A DNA stretch of 64,000 nucleotides from an uncultured Rhizobium sp. (GTDB lineage Bacteria; Bacteroidota; Bacteroidia; NS11-12g; UBA955), in the NCBI GenBank assembly GCA_964527775.1, contig CAZGQS010000002.1:105701-169700 (forward strand), read 5' to 3'. Of the stretch, positions 17,078-27,112 are shown piece by piece. A model generated the notes under the pieces. That model ran no database searches, was not told where the DNA came from, and saw only the letters and a list, made by a program, of their open reading frames with translations. The position numbers and the translations under genes are program-made. How positions within the stretch are numbered: position 1 is the first letter of the stretch; each line of letters opens with the position of its first letter.

Positions 17078-17689
17078 ATGCAATTTACATCCGATATTGT
17101 TGAAAAAGCGGTTGATGCTTTATCCTCATTTCCCGGAATTGGCAAGCGCACAGCTTTGCGAATGGTGATGTATTTGCTTAAAAGACCTGAGTTGGAAGTA
17201 GCATCTATTTCTGAAAGAATCTTAAGACTTAAAACCGATTTGAAGTTTTGCGGAAATTGCGGAACGGTAAGTGATTTTGAGTATTGTAGTATCTGTTCTG
17301 ATCCTCAGAGACAAAAAGAAGTAATCTGCGTGGTGGAAGATTTTAGTGACCTGATGGCCATAGAAGCTACATCGCAATTTAAAGGAGAATACCATGTTTT
17401 AGGAGGGTTGATTTCTCCGATGGACGGAATAGGTCCTTCCGATTTAAATTTGCAATCATTATTTGAACGCATTTCTAATTCAGAAGGTGGAATATCAGAG
17501 GTGATTTTGGCGTTAAGTGCAACAGTGGAAGGCGATACAACCATGTATTACATTGCAAAAAAACTTCAAGAATTTGGAGTGACAGTGAGCAGTATAGCGC
17601 GAGGAATATCGGTGGGTGGTGAATTAGAATACGTTGATGAAATCACTTTAGGTAGGAGTTTATTGCAGCGCACTCATTATTCGGTTTAA
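17078..17689 (+). CDS. recR: Recombination protein RecR
   Basis: FPGIGKRTALRM (HhH), the zinc finger CGNCGTVSDFEYCSIC, and the Toprim region VICVVEDFSDLMAIE. Confidence 0.95.
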   Translation: MQFTSDIVEKAVDALSSFPGIGKRTALRMVMYLLKRPELEVASISERILRLKTDLKFCGNCGTVSDFEYCSICSDPQRQKEVICVVEDFSDLMAIEATSQFKGEYHVLGGLISPMDGIGPSDLNLQSLFERISNSEGGISEVILALSATVEGDTTMYYIAKKLQEFGVTVSSIARGISVGGELEYVDEITLGRSLLQRTHYSV

Positions 17690-17698
17690 AGCACTTTT

Positions 17699-19645
17699 AT
17701 GAATCAACTTTCGGTAGTCATAGTCAATTACAACGTTAAGCACTTCTTAGAGCAAGTTTTATTGAGCGTAGAGGTTGCTTCAAAAGGATTGACCGTTGAA
17801 ACTTGGGTGGTTGATAACAACAGTGTAGACGGAAGCATTGAAATGGTAAAAGAAAAATTTCCATGGGTGAAATTGATCGAAAATCATGAGAATGTAGGTT
17901 TTTCAAGAGCCAATAATCAAGCGTTGCGATTGAGTAATGCTAAGTATTCTTTGTTGTTGAATCCAGATACGGTTCTTCAAGAAGATACTTTCGTAAAGTG
18001 CATTGAATATTTAGATGCACACCCTGATGTGGGTGGACTTGGGGTAAGGATGATTGACGGAAAAGGGCAGTTTTTACCTGAAAGTAAGCGGGGGTTGCCC
18101 ACTCCTACGGTTGCATTTTTTAAGATGACGGGTTTGGCCTCGTTGTTTCCAAAGTCGAGGTATTTTGGTCGTTACCACATGAAATATTTGTCTGAATTCG
18201 AAACCCATGAAGTTGAGATTTTAGCAGGTGCTTTCATGATGATGAGAGGAGAAACCCTAGATAAGGTGGGTTTGTTGGATGAGCAATTTTTCATGTATGG
18301 TGAAGATATTGACTTGTCTTATCGAATCATTTTAGGGGGATATAAGAATGTTTACTTTGCTGATTCAACCATCATTCACTACAAGGGCGAAAGTACCAAG
18401 AAAAAATCGGTCAATTATGTCAAGGTATTTTACAACGCCATGGTGCTTTTTGCAAAAAAGCATTATTCAAAGCGTATGGCTGGTTGGTTTTCGTTTTGGA
18501 TACAAATTGCCATTTATTTTCGGGCTTCTGTAGCTTTGATTTTTCAGAGTATTTCTAAAGTACTATTTCCAGTTATAGATTTTATAACCATTTACTTAGG
18601 TTTTTATGGGATTGCCAAATATTGGGAGCTGTATCACAAATTTGTTCGTGGATTTTATCCTGATGAATATTATCTGGCTCATATCCCTATTTATGCTCTG
18701 GTGGCCATGGTTTCGGTGTATGTTTCAGGAGGATATGATCGTCCTTACAAGCCCTACAGATTGTTTAGGGGAGCATTGATTGGAAGTGTATTGTTGTTTG
18801 CGATCTATGGATTTTATCCCAAGGAATGGCAGTTTTCAAGGGCTATTTTGGGATTGGGTTCAGCATGGGCCGTGGGTGGCATGTTAATGATTCGGGTTGT
18901 TGCTGATTTATTGGGATGGAAGGGCAGTCAAGGAAAGAAAACGGAGAAAAGAATTCTTGTGGTAGGCGGTAAAAAAGAAGTAGAGCGCATCACCGATTTA
19001 TTGAACAAGAGCGGTGTACCCCATGTTTTTTTAGGTGCTGTTACCCCTAACAGCGAGAAGCAGTCTGGATTTTTAGGTAGCTTTAGTCAGTTAGATGAGT
19101 TGGTGGAGATTTACCGAGCTAATTCAATCATTTTTAGTGGTAAAGATGTATCTGCATCTCGAATTATGGACTCAATGTCTGGTTTTTCCAAGGAACAGGT
19201 TCAACTCAAGATTGCTCCTGAGAGCAGTGAATTTATCATTGGATCTGATTCAAAGAATGAACCGGGTGAACTTTTCACTTTAGAGGTGAAATATCAACTG
19301 TCAGAGTATCATATGCTACGCAGGAAGCGAATTTTTGATGTTTTAGCGGCATTGTTATTGGTTTTAAGGGCAACTTTAGTTTTAGGATATCCACTATTTA
19401 CCTCCACTCGTTGGCGGTATGTGTTTGGCAATATCCCTCAGGTGCTCTTGGGTAAAAAGACTTGGGTTAGTTACAGCGGGCAACAAAGCGCCGAGAAATT
19501 GCCTATCTTAAAATCTGGAGTAATTAGTTCAGCGGGCGTTTGGACGGGATCAGAATTTGAGGCTGATGTGAATCACTTATATGCGAAAGACTTTGATGTA
19601 TGGCGTGATTTAGAAATACTATGGGATTATCTTAAGAGTCAGTGA
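17699..19645 (+). CDS. Family 2 glycosyltransferase fused to a polytopic membrane region and a degenerate WbaP-like C-terminus
   Basis: The N-terminus LSVVIVNYNVKHFLEQ...VVDNNSVDGS...LLLNPDT...MYGEDIDLSYR is a GT2 domain. About 5 TM helices follow. Next comes ILVVGGKKEVERITDLL (Rossmann-like), then RRKRIFDVLAALLLVL...NIPQVLLGKKTWVS, which resembles the two ends of a polyprenyl-phosphate sugar transferase domain with the core missing. Confidence 0.75.
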   Translation: MNQLSVVIVNYNVKHFLEQVLLSVEVASKGLTVETWVVDNNSVDGSIEMVKEKFPWVKLIENHENVGFSRANNQALRLSNAKYSLLLNPDTVLQEDTFVKCIEYLDAHPDVGGLGVRMIDGKGQFLPESKRGLPTPTVAFFKMTGLASLFPKSRYFGRYHMKYLSEFETHEVEILAGAFMMMRGETLDKVGLLDEQFFMYGEDIDLSYRIILGGYKNVYFADSTIIHYKGESTKKKSVNYVKVFYNAMVLFAKKHYSKRMAGWFSFWIQIAIYFRASVALIFQSISKVLFPVIDFITIYLGFYGIAKYWELYHKFVRGFYPDEYYLAHIPIYALVAMVSVYVSGGYDRPYKPYRLFRGALIGSVLLFAIYGFYPKEWQFSRAILGLGSAWAVGGMLMIRVVADLLGWKGSQGKKTEKRILVVGGKKEVERITDLLNKSGVPHVFLGAVTPNSEKQSGFLGSFSQLDELVEIYRANSIIFSGKDVSASRIMDSMSGFSKEQVQLKIAPESSEFIIGSDSKNEPGELFTLEVKYQLSEYHMLRRKRIFDVLAALLLVLRATLVLGYPLFTSTRWRYVFGNIPQVLLGKKTWVSYSGQQSAEKLPILKSGVISSAGVWTGSEFEADVNHLYAKDFDVWRDLEILWDYLKSQ

Positions 19646-20823
19646 TCAACACATTTAAAAATATCAATGCCTACGAGTTGCGTCGCTTTATAAAGGTGAT
19701 TCTACTTTTATTGGCTGTATTGATAAGTATTTTAACCTTGTTTTTATCGCAAAGACTGGTACAAAAGATTGCGGTAGAAGAAACCAAAAAAATGGAAATT
19801 TGGGCTGATGCTGAAAGGGTATTGTCTGACCCAAATAGCGAAGGTGATTTGGGTTTTCACTTGAAGATTGTTCAATCAAATGAAACAATTCCTGCTATTT
19901 TGGTTTCTGAATCTGATAGAATCATTCAATATATCAACTTATCAGAAAAAGAACAAATTATTTCTGAATCGAAATTACGGGAGAAAATAGCTGAATTTGC
20001 AATAGAGCATGATCCCATATTGATACCCATTGATGAGAATACTGTTTTTAGGGTGTATTACGGGAAGAGTTCTGTGTTAAGACAACTAGAATATTATCCC
20101 TATGTGGTTTTGGCCATTGTGGCTTTGTTTGTATTTGTGAGTTATTCCGCCTTTTCATTTTCAACCCGGAGTGAGCAAAATCAAGTGTGGGTGGGTTTAG
20201 CAAAAGAAACAGCACATCAATTGGGCACGCCCATCAGCAGCTTAATGGGTTGGGTTGAATGTATCGAAAATGATATCATTCCAGACAATGCCGCCGATGA
20301 AATGAAAAAAGACATTGACCGGTTGCAGATAATTACCGAGAGATTTTCTAAAATTGGTTCTACGCCAGTTTTAGAAGTTGCCAATGTGAATCTTGTATTG
20401 GAAACCTCGTTGAAATACTTGTCTAACCGAATCAGTAATTCAGTAGATTTTCAATGGAAATTGTATCCGAAGCCGGTAATGGTGAACATCAACGTGAATT
20501 TATTTAATTGGGTTATTGAGAATGTGGTAAAGAACAGTGTTGATGCTATGGAGGGTAAAGGAAGGTTAAGAGTGGAGGTGAATTATAGGAATAATCTTGC
20601 ATTTATTGATGTAGTTGATAACGGAAAAGGCATCCCAAGAAATCAAACAAAAGATATTTTTAAGCCAGGGTTTACAACAAAAAAACGCGGTTGGGGTTTA
20701 GGTTTGTCACTTGCAAAAAGAATTGTGGAAGATTACCACAAGGGTCAGATCTTCGTAAAAGAAAGTCATGCATTTGATAAAACGGTGATTCGAATTATTT
20801 TAAAATGTGGTAAATTGAAGTAA
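19642..20823 (+). CDS. Sensor histidine kinase (2 TM); no response regulator nearby
   Basis: H-box ETAHQLGTPISSLMGW, N-box NVVKNSVDAM, and G-boxes VVDNGKGIP and GWGLGLSLAKRIV. The GTG start overlaps the upstream stop (GTGA). Confidence 0.85.
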   Translation: MINTFKNINAYELRRFIKVILLLLAVLISILTLFLSQRLVQKIAVEETKKMEIWADAERVLSDPNSEGDLGFHLKIVQSNETIPAILVSESDRIIQYINLSEKEQIISESKLREKIAEFAIEHDPILIPIDENTVFRVYYGKSSVLRQLEYYPYVVLAIVALFVFVSYSAFSFSTRSEQNQVWVGLAKETAHQLGTPISSLMGWVECIENDIIPDNAADEMKKDIDRLQIITERFSKIGSTPVLEVANVNLVLETSLKYLSNRISNSVDFQWKLYPKPVMVNINVNLFNWVIENVVKNSVDAMEGKGRLRVEVNYRNNLAFIDVVDNGKGIPRNQTKDIFKPGFTTKKRGWGLGLSLAKRIVEDYHKGQIFVKESHAFDKTVIRIILKCGKLK

Positions 20824-21327
20824 ATGATTCAGCGCATTCAGACCATATTCTTATTTATTTCATTCGCCTTGTGCGGATTACTTTTGGTTGTTAATCCAAT
20901 TTACGCTGAGTTTGATTACGTGATTGATGGTGCTGAGTATCAGGCCATTTTACTTTTTTGGTCGAGCTTTGGGGAAACAATCACTGGAAGGGCTGGTATT
21001 CTATCTTTTCAAAATTATTGGTGGAATTTCATTCTACTCATATTGTCTGGTAGTTTGTCTTTCGCTTCAATTTTCATGTTTAGATTTACCAGAATTCAGA
21101 TTTTTTCAGTGTTAATATCTTCATTATTCATTGGTATTCTCGGTTTGAAGTTGATGTACCAATATATCAACTTTAAAAATAACAATATAGATGGTTTGAC
21201 TGATGAATTAAACGCCCATATTTTTTGGATAGTATTAATATTGGCGTTGAATATATTAGCCGTTTTCGCTATTCAGCTTGATCGCCGAAGTATTCCACAA
21301 AATTATTTTGTGTTTCCCAAAGGGTGA
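20824..21327 (+). CDS. DUF4293 family membrane protein
   Basis: MIQRIQTIFLFISFALCGLLL is the typical DUF4293 N-terminus as I recall it. 4-5 TM helices. Confidence 0.7.
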   Translation: MIQRIQTIFLFISFALCGLLLVVNPIYAEFDYVIDGAEYQAILLFWSSFGETITGRAGILSFQNYWWNFILLILSGSLSFASIFMFRFTRIQIFSVLISSLFIGILGLKLMYQYINFKNNNIDGLTDELNAHIFWIVLILALNILAVFAIQLDRRSIPQNYFVFPKG

Positions 21328-21694
21328 TTTTGTGCAATGCCACACCTTCTGGAAGGTGGGGTGCAATTCTGTTCCAAATAGCCACTGCAATATTTTCTAT
21401 AGATGGCATTTTGTCTTTTAGCCATGGAACGTCAATATTCATATTTTGATGGTCTAAATCATCAATTACTTGCTCTCTAATGATGACCTTTAATTTCTTT
21501 AGATCCATCACTAGCCCGGTATCTGGGTCTGGTTGACCCTTTACGCAAACGTACAAGTCAAAATTATGGCCATGGAAGTTTGGATTGGCACATTTACCGA
21601 AAAGGGTGAAATTATCTTCGTCTGAGATTTTTGGGTTCCACAGTTGGTGAGCAGCATTGAAATGCTCTTTTCGGGTAATATACAGCAGGGGCAT
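21269..21694 (-). CDS. queD: 6-carboxy-5,6,7,8-tetrahydropterin synthase
   Basis: FNAAHQL...CANPNFHGHNF...DHQNMN are PTPS/QueD Zn-ligand and catalytic motifs. 141 aa. Confidence 0.88.
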   Translation of the reverse strand: MPLLYITRKEHFNAAHQLWNPKISDEDNFTLFGKCANPNFHGHNFDLYVCVKGQPDPDTGLVMDLKKLKVIIREQVIDDLDHQNMNIDVPWLKDKMPSIENIAVAIWNRIAPHLPEGVALHKITLWETQNNFVEYFGDQAE

Positions 21695-21695
21695 A

Positions 21696-22832
21696 TTAGT
21701 TATACCAAGTTTTTAATTTATCAATGGTAGTGTCGATGTCTTCAATAGTATTGAATTTACCGAAGCTAAATCTCACCGTGGTTCGATTATTATTTGGACG
21801 GATGGTATTGATTACGTGACTACCGCCAACGGCTCCGCTTGAGCATGCGCTTCCACCGGAACAAGAGATTCCAACTAAGTCTAGATTGAAAAGAAGTAAA
21901 TTACCTGTTTCTGTAGGAGGAAAAGATACACTTAATACGGTGTATAGACAATTTCCTTCTGCATCACCGTTGAACTGAATATCTTGGAATTCAGATTTCA
22001 AACGATTGATCATGTGTTTTTTCAAATTTTGTAATTTTTCCTTCTTTGCTTCTAGCTCGCCATAGGAAAGTTCTAAGGCTTTGGCAAGTCCAACAATCCC
22101 GTATACGTTTTCAGTTCCGCCGCGCATTTCACGTTCTTGAGCTCCACCGGTGATCAATGGTGAAATGTGATTTGATTTATTGATGTAAATGAACCCAACA
22201 CCTTTGGGGCCATTGAATTTATGTGCTGCACCGCAAATAAAATCAACGTAATTTTTACTCAATTCGAAGGTATATTGGCCCATGGTTTGAACGGTATCGC
22301 AATGAAAAACACCTCCATGTTGGTGTACAAGTTCTCCAACCGCTTCTATATCAATAAGGTTTCCAATCTCGTTGTTGGCATGCATTAAACTTACCAACGA
22401 CTTTCCAGACTCGCTTAGTAATTGCTGTAAATGAGCCATGTCAATATGTCCATCAGGTAAAACATTCACCATTTTCAGTTCAACATTACCTTGGTGTGCC
22501 AATTCTTCAACGGTGTGGAGTACCGCATGATGTTCTAGCGGTGACGAAATGATGGTTTGAATTCCTAAGCTTGAAACGGACCCACGTATGGCGAGATTAT
22601 CAGCTTCTGTGCCACCAGAGGTGAAAAATATTTCTGATGGCTTACAGTTCAATAAAGATGCAACTTTACCTCTGCTTTCTTCCACAAGGGTTTTTACTTT
22701 CCTGCCATGTCCGTGGGTAGAACTCGGGTTTCCGTAATGATTTTTCATTACTTCTACCATAGAATCTACAACAGCAGGATCAATGGGTGTGGTTGCGGCG
22801 TTATCGAGGTATATACGGGGTGATTCGGTCAT
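21696..22832 (-). CDS. Cysteine desulfurase (NifS/IscS class)
   Basis: IYLDNAATTP, FTSGGTEADN, AAHKFNGPKGVG (PLP Lys) and SGGSACSSG (catalytic Cys loop). Confidence 0.9.
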   Translation of the reverse strand: MTESPRIYLDNAATTPIDPAVVDSMVEVMKNHYGNPSSTHGHGRKVKTLVEESRGKVASLLNCKPSEIFFTSGGTEADNLAIRGSVSSLGIQTIISSPLEHHAVLHTVEELAHQGNVELKMVNVLPDGHIDMAHLQQLLSESGKSLVSLMHANNEIGNLIDIEAVGELVHQHGGVFHCDTVQTMGQYTFELSKNYVDFICGAAHKFNGPKGVGFIYINKSNHISPLITGGAQEREMRGGTENVYGIVGLAKALELSYGELEAKKEKLQNLKKHMINRLKSEFQDIQFNGDAEGNCLYTVLSVSFPPTETGNLLLFNLDLVGISCSGGSACSSGAVGGSHVINTIRPNNNRTTVRFSFGKFNTIEDIDTTIDKLKTWYN

Positions 22833-22846
22833 TGCTTTTTAATAGT

Positions 22847-23740
22847 TTAGATTTGGTTGTTGGTATCTAGATAACCCAAGAATTTATAACACAATTTTGC
22901 CATGGTGAATTCGGTAATGAGGTCAATTTCACGGGGTGCAATTTCGACGATATCAAAACCTACTATTTTTTTGCGTTCACACAGGCGCTTAAGCAGTCTA
23001 TTTCCTTGTTTCCAAGTTAATCCTCCTGGTTCAGCTGTACCTACTGCTGGAGCCACAGATGGGTCAAATCCATCGGCATCAATGGTCACATAAACATGGT
23101 CACCGAGTTTGTCGATGCATGCATCAATCCATTGATCTTGATCATCAAGCATGTGGGCATACCAAGTATGGATGTTATCAGATGCTTTAATGAGATTACT
23201 TTCTTCAATGCATTGAGCGCGAATACCTACTTGCACCAAGTTTACGTTCATATCATGAATGCGAGCCATCACACTTGCATGTGAATAGGGATTTCCTTGA
23301 TAAGCTTCGCGCAAGTCTGAATGGGCATCAATTTGAAGAACCGAAAGGTTGGGGTATTTTTTTAGATGCGAGCGCACAAATCCGTTCGTTACGGTATGTT
23401 CGGCGCCAAGAGAAACCACAAATTTATTTTGATTTAGAAGTTCATCGGTTTGATTCTCAATGATTTTCATAGCATCTTCATCAACATTGTCACCAAAGTC
23501 AATGGGTTCAAGCGTGGCACAGCCAATGTTTCTGTAGGTTTCACGGTCTAATTCTTCGTCGTAAAACTCTACAAAATGGCTTGCATTGATGATGGCTTGG
23601 GGACCTAAATTTGAGCCAGATATATAGCTAGAGGTATGTTCGTAAGGAACAAGTTGAATGGCTATTTTTGAATTTTCTAATAGCGTTAAGTTTTCCTCAG
23701 GAGGAGAAAGAAACGCTTTTTCTGGAGACAATAACTTCAT
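22847..23740 (-). CDS. speB: Agmatinase (arginase family)
   Basis: Mn-ligand motifs LGAEHTV, QIDAHSDL and VTIDADGFDP, plus EPGGL. Confidence 0.85.
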   Translation of the reverse strand: MKLLSPEKAFLSPPEENLTLLENSKIAIQLVPYEHTSSYISGSNLGPQAIINASHFVEFYDEELDRETYRNIGCATLEPIDFGDNVDEDAMKIIENQTDELLNQNKFVVSLGAEHTVTNGFVRSHLKKYPNLSVLQIDAHSDLREAYQGNPYSHASVMARIHDMNVNLVQVGIRAQCIEESNLIKASDNIHTWYAHMLDDQDQWIDACIDKLGDHVYVTIDADGFDPSVAPAVGTAEPGGLTWKQGNRLLKRLCERKKIVGFDIVEIAPREIDLITEFTMAKLCYKFLGYLDTNNQI

Positions 23741-23748
23741 TGTAGTTC

Positions 23749-24309
23749 TTATTTCACGCGTTCCATGTATGACCCGTTACGAGTATCAATTCTGATTTTC
23801 TCTCCGGTATCAACAAACAAGGGAACCATTACTGTAGCACCACCTTCAACGGTTGCTTGTTTAAGAGTGTTAGTTGCAGTATCTCCTTTAACACCAGGCT
23901 CGGTATAGGTAATTTCTAAAACGGCATAGGTTGGGGGTTCGGCGGAAATAGGGGTTTCACCTTCAAAGGCAATTTTAATGGTATCACCTTCTTTCATGAA
24001 CTTAGCACCTTCACCAAACAAGTGTTTTGCCACTGGAATTTGGTCGTAAGTATCATTATTCATGCAAACATAGGCATCGCCCTCTTCATATAAATATTGT
24101 AACTCATGAGTTTCAACACGCACAATTTCAACAGATTCACCGCTTCTGAAGCGATTTTCTGCTAATTTGCCGTCTTTCACACGACGCATTTTTGCTTGAT
24201 AGAATGCGCGTAAGTTACCCGGAGTACGGTGTTGCCATTCAATGATTTGAACCAATTCTCCGTTGTAGCGAATAAAATTGCCAACAGAAATATCTTGAGT
24301 CGTTGCCAT
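23749..24309 (-). CDS. efp: Elongation factor P
   Basis: MATTQDISVGNFIRYNGELVQIIEWQHRTPGNLRAFYQAKMR. ATG 24309 is chosen because the -7 box overlaps the longer ORF start. Confidence 0.93.
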   Translation of the reverse strand: MATTQDISVGNFIRYNGELVQIIEWQHRTPGNLRAFYQAKMRRVKDGKLAENRFRSGESVEIVRVETHELQYLYEEGDAYVCMNNDTYDQIPVAKHLFGEGAKFMKEGDTIKIAFEGETPISAEPPTYAVLEITYTEPGVKGDTATNTLKQATVEGGATVMVPLFVDTGEKIRIDTRNGSYMERVK

Positions 24310-24315
24310 ATTCTG

Positions 24316-24323
24316 CAAAATTA
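24316..24323 (-). promoter_or_regulatory. -7 box TAATTTTG for efp (its TA is part of the TAA stop of the upstream gene)
   Basis: Minus strand reads TAATTTTG-CAGAAT-ATG(24309). Confidence 0.5.
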
Positions 24324-25295
24324 ATCAAAACTCTTGATATCCTCCGAATTTTGGTTGATCAACCAACCCACAGTTAACATGTATGGGGTTGAAGATTGGG
24401 GCGCGAATTCTGGGAAATTCTGATTTACGAGAATATTCGCTTGCAATCTTCCATAAAGGTTTTTTCTTAACCATTCTAGTTGAAGGAACAAAGCTTGAAT
24501 ATTACCGCCGGTTGTCGTAACGACTTCGCCATAAGAGAAGTCTGGACCGAATTGTTGAAATTGATATCCGAGCATTGGCAACAAGATGGTTTTTTTTAAC
24601 GTGAATGATTTGCCTAATCCTGTGCGCAACATACCGTTGCTTCCCTGCTGATATTTAAGCTCATTTTCAAAATTATACAGCATAGATAATTGAACATTAC
24701 AGCTCCATCCTTGATAAAAATAGCCATACAGAGCTTGTGCGCCCATTGAATAAGATCCATTTCCAGGCTGTAGATTCATGGGTAGTAATCTTTTATAGGC
24801 ATCTCTCAACTGGTAATGTCCGTTCGGAATCTTTATTTGGGCAGAAGCAATTGCGAGTTGTTTGGTTTTGCCAAGGTTAAATTTTCGGTTATCTACAAGG
24901 GTGTAGTTTAGCGCTATATTTAAATCTGATAAACCCGAATATGTATTAATGGCGTTTTCGTTGTTCTCATTTTTTCTTGATATCTGTTGGATGCCCATTC
25001 GGTAGTTGATTTGAAACTTCTTATTTACTTGTTGATTGAAAATAATTCCCGATTGGAGGATTTTATCGGTAACATTAAATTGGGTGCCATTTGAGAAGCC
25101 CGTTTGTGTTTTGAATCCCAGTGAATTACCCCAAATTCCGAGGAAATGTGAGGGTATAGTCTGTAAATATCCCATAGAAAAAGAAGCGTCTCGAAGTCCG
25201 CTACCACAGATGTCGCAGGCACTGGCTTTTGCAGAAGCGAACATTAATGTGATAAAAATGAGTGGCTTATGGATTGAATGGATGAATTTCGCCAT
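24321..25295 (-). CDS. Putative outer-membrane beta-barrel protein with an N-terminal CxxC motif
   Basis: Signal peptide ...MFASAKASA is followed directly by CDICGSG. The rest shows alternating hydrophobic, Gly/Tyr/Asn-rich barrel-like composition. It is the last gene of the MbnP/MbnH-type cluster and overlaps it by 29 nt. Confidence 0.6.
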   Translation of the reverse strand: MAKFIHSIHKPLIFITLMFASAKASACDICGSGLRDASFSMGYLQTIPSHFLGIWGNSLGFKTQTGFSNGTQFNVTDKILQSGIIFNQQVNKKFQINYRMGIQQISRKNENNENAINTYSGLSDLNIALNYTLVDNRKFNLGKTKQLAIASAQIKIPNGHYQLRDAYKRLLPMNLQPGNGSYSMGAQALYGYFYQGWSCNVQLSMLYNFENELKYQQGSNGMLRTGLGKSFTLKKTILLPMLGYQFQQFGPDFSYGEVVTTTGGNIQALFLQLEWLRKNLYGRLQANILVNQNFPEFAPQSSTPYMLTVGWLINQNSEDIKSFD

Positions 25296-26271
25296 GATTT
25301 AGATTGGAAATAAATTTGTGGTCAGTTAATGTGTGCAAAAATGCCCTAAGGGCTTCAACGTCTTGATTTTGTAGCTGAAATTTAAGTTGATAGGCATTTA
25401 AAACTTTATCAAGATTGGAAAATGAGCCGTCATGCATGTATGGGTAAGTGAGTGCTACATTTCTCAAGCTCGGCACTTTAAAGTGGTAGGTGTCTTTTTG
25501 TATTTGTGTAATACGGTATCTTCCCTGATCGCTGTTGCCTAAAGCTAAGCCATTGTATTCAAATTGATTATTGGTAAATAGTGGTTCAGAATGGCATTGG
25601 GAACAGTTTGATTGAAAAATGGTATAACCTTGTTTTTCTAGTTTATTGAAATTGCTTTTTCCTCGCCTTACATCATCATATTTACTTTGGTCAGAAACAA
25701 GGCTGAGCATGAATTGAGAAAGTGCAAAAAGTACTGTTTGCTCATTGATGGTGGTATCACCATAGGCTTTCTGAAAAAGAGGATGGTATTGTTTGTTTTC
25801 TCTGATGCGCTCAATGGCTATTCCCAGGGGTAAATCCATTTCATTGAAATCAGTGATTGGGGCGATGGGCATAACATCTAAATGCGTTATTCCGCCATCC
25901 CACATGAAAGATTTGTTCCAAGCTAGATTTTGAATGGATGGACTGTTTCGCTTGCCCAATCGATTGTGAACCCCAAAACTTTTTGGTAAATTATGGTCAG
26001 CAAAACCATGAACTTGGGCATGACAACTTCCACAGGAAATGGTTCGCGTGGATGAAAGATTTGGGTCATAAAAAAGAACTTTTCCTAAATATATTTTATC
26101 AGGGGTTAACTCATTATTGGTGTTTTTGTATTCTATCGCTGGGAAGTCTTTTGGAAATTTAAATTCTGCCGATGAGGGATTTTTTTGGCAACTACCCAAA
26201 TGAAGGAACAGAACCAAGACAAATATCTTGGTTCTGCCCCACATAAACCCTTTTGAATTAAGGGAGATCAT
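25267..26271 (-). CDS. mbnH: Di-haem cytochrome c peroxidase family protein (MbnH/MauG-like)
   Basis: Two CXXCH haem motifs (CGSCHAQ and CSQCHSE). VPSLRNVALTYPYMHDG is typical of the CCP/MauG family. A lipoprotein-like signal is present, and ATG 26244 is an alternative start. Confidence 0.8.
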   Translation of the reverse strand: MISLNSKGFMWGRTKIFVLVLFLHLGSCQKNPSSAEFKFPKDFPAIEYKNTNNELTPDKIYLGKVLFYDPNLSSTRTISCGSCHAQVHGFADHNLPKSFGVHNRLGKRNSPSIQNLAWNKSFMWDGGITHLDVMPIAPITDFNEMDLPLGIAIERIRENKQYHPLFQKAYGDTTINEQTVLFALSQFMLSLVSDQSKYDDVRRGKSNFNKLEKQGYTIFQSNCSQCHSEPLFTNNQFEYNGLALGNSDQGRYRITQIQKDTYHFKVPSLRNVALTYPYMHDGSFSNLDKVLNAYQLKFQLQNQDVEALRAFLHTLTDHKFISNLNHGEIHPFNP

Positions 26272-26276
26272 TGGAG

Positions 26277-27056
26277 TTATTGGTGAATATGGTCAAAGGT
26301 GATGCCGTCTCTGAAGTTGGCCGACATTGAAACGGATAAATTGCTGATGCTATGTACTACGCTAACATCGGCTAACTTCACTGGGCCATGCCATAGTTTC
26401 GCTACGTTGGTTCTAATATGTAGCACGGGCGCTGCGTCGGGTTTTACAGAAATACTGTTTCCACCGAGAAGCATGTTTTTCTTTTGAATAGCGCTGTATG
26501 GGGGCATATAGCCACCAAGATGAAACAAGAAAGTATTATTTGCCGCTTGAGGCGAAGTGCCTTCTACACGAACAAAAATGTAACCTGTTGACCAGCTCCA
26601 GAACATTCCATTTGATGGATTGAGTGCGCCTTGTTGCAGTCCGCTATTGTTAGCTGCACTGTCAACACCTACTAAGAAATTAACTGCAGTATAATCGCCC
26701 ATTGGAATGTTCGTCAGTTCGATTTTATTGTCAGTTTCACTTATCAAGAAATAGGAGTTGGGGACTTTAAATGATGAGCCATCTGCCTTGATCAATTCAA
26801 AATTGGATAAATAATATTTAATAAGACTGAAGGTCATGGTATCGCCAGACATTGGCTGAACCATGGGAGTGTTCATTAGAAAAGGTTTTTGATCCATGCC
26901 CCAAACATGGTCTATTTCAATGGTTAAATTTCCGTATTTCGGAGTGTTATTAGGTTTGTCTTCTTCAGTACATGAAGCAAAAAATATGGGTAATGCAATT
27001 AGGGTCAAGGCCGCCCAACGAGTAGCACGAGACAACCAAAGAATGGTGTTTTTCAT
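26277..27056 (-). CDS. mbnP: MbnP-family putative copper-binding lipoprotein
   Basis: Lipoprotein signal ...IFFASC. LTIEIDHVWG...FSLIKYYLSNFELIKADGS matches my recollection of the MbnP family. It sits directly upstream of a di-haem peroxidase, the canonical MbnP-MbnH pairing. Confidence 0.65.
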   Translation of the reverse strand: MKNTILWLSRATRWAALTLIALPIFFASCTEEDKPNNTPKYGNLTIEIDHVWGMDQKPFLMNTPMVQPMSGDTMTFSLIKYYLSNFELIKADGSSFKVPNSYFLISETDNKIELTNIPMGDYTAVNFLVGVDSAANNSGLQQGALNPSNGMFWSWSTGYIFVRVEGTSPQAANNTFLFHLGGYMPPYSAIQKKNMLLGGNSISVKPDAAPVLHIRTNVAKLWHGPVKLADVSVVHSISNLSVSMSANFRDGITFDHIHQ

Positions 27057-27112
27057 GATTTTTTCATTTTAGAGTGCCAATGAATGACCCGTCATTAGCG
27101 CGGGGATCCTGA

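Noticed and set aside
27057-27112. Small palindrome AATGAC-GG-GTCATT between the Cys-rich gene and the MbnP-like gene.
   Set aside because: It has a 6-bp stem, a 2-nt loop and no U-run, so it is too weak to call as a terminator or operator.
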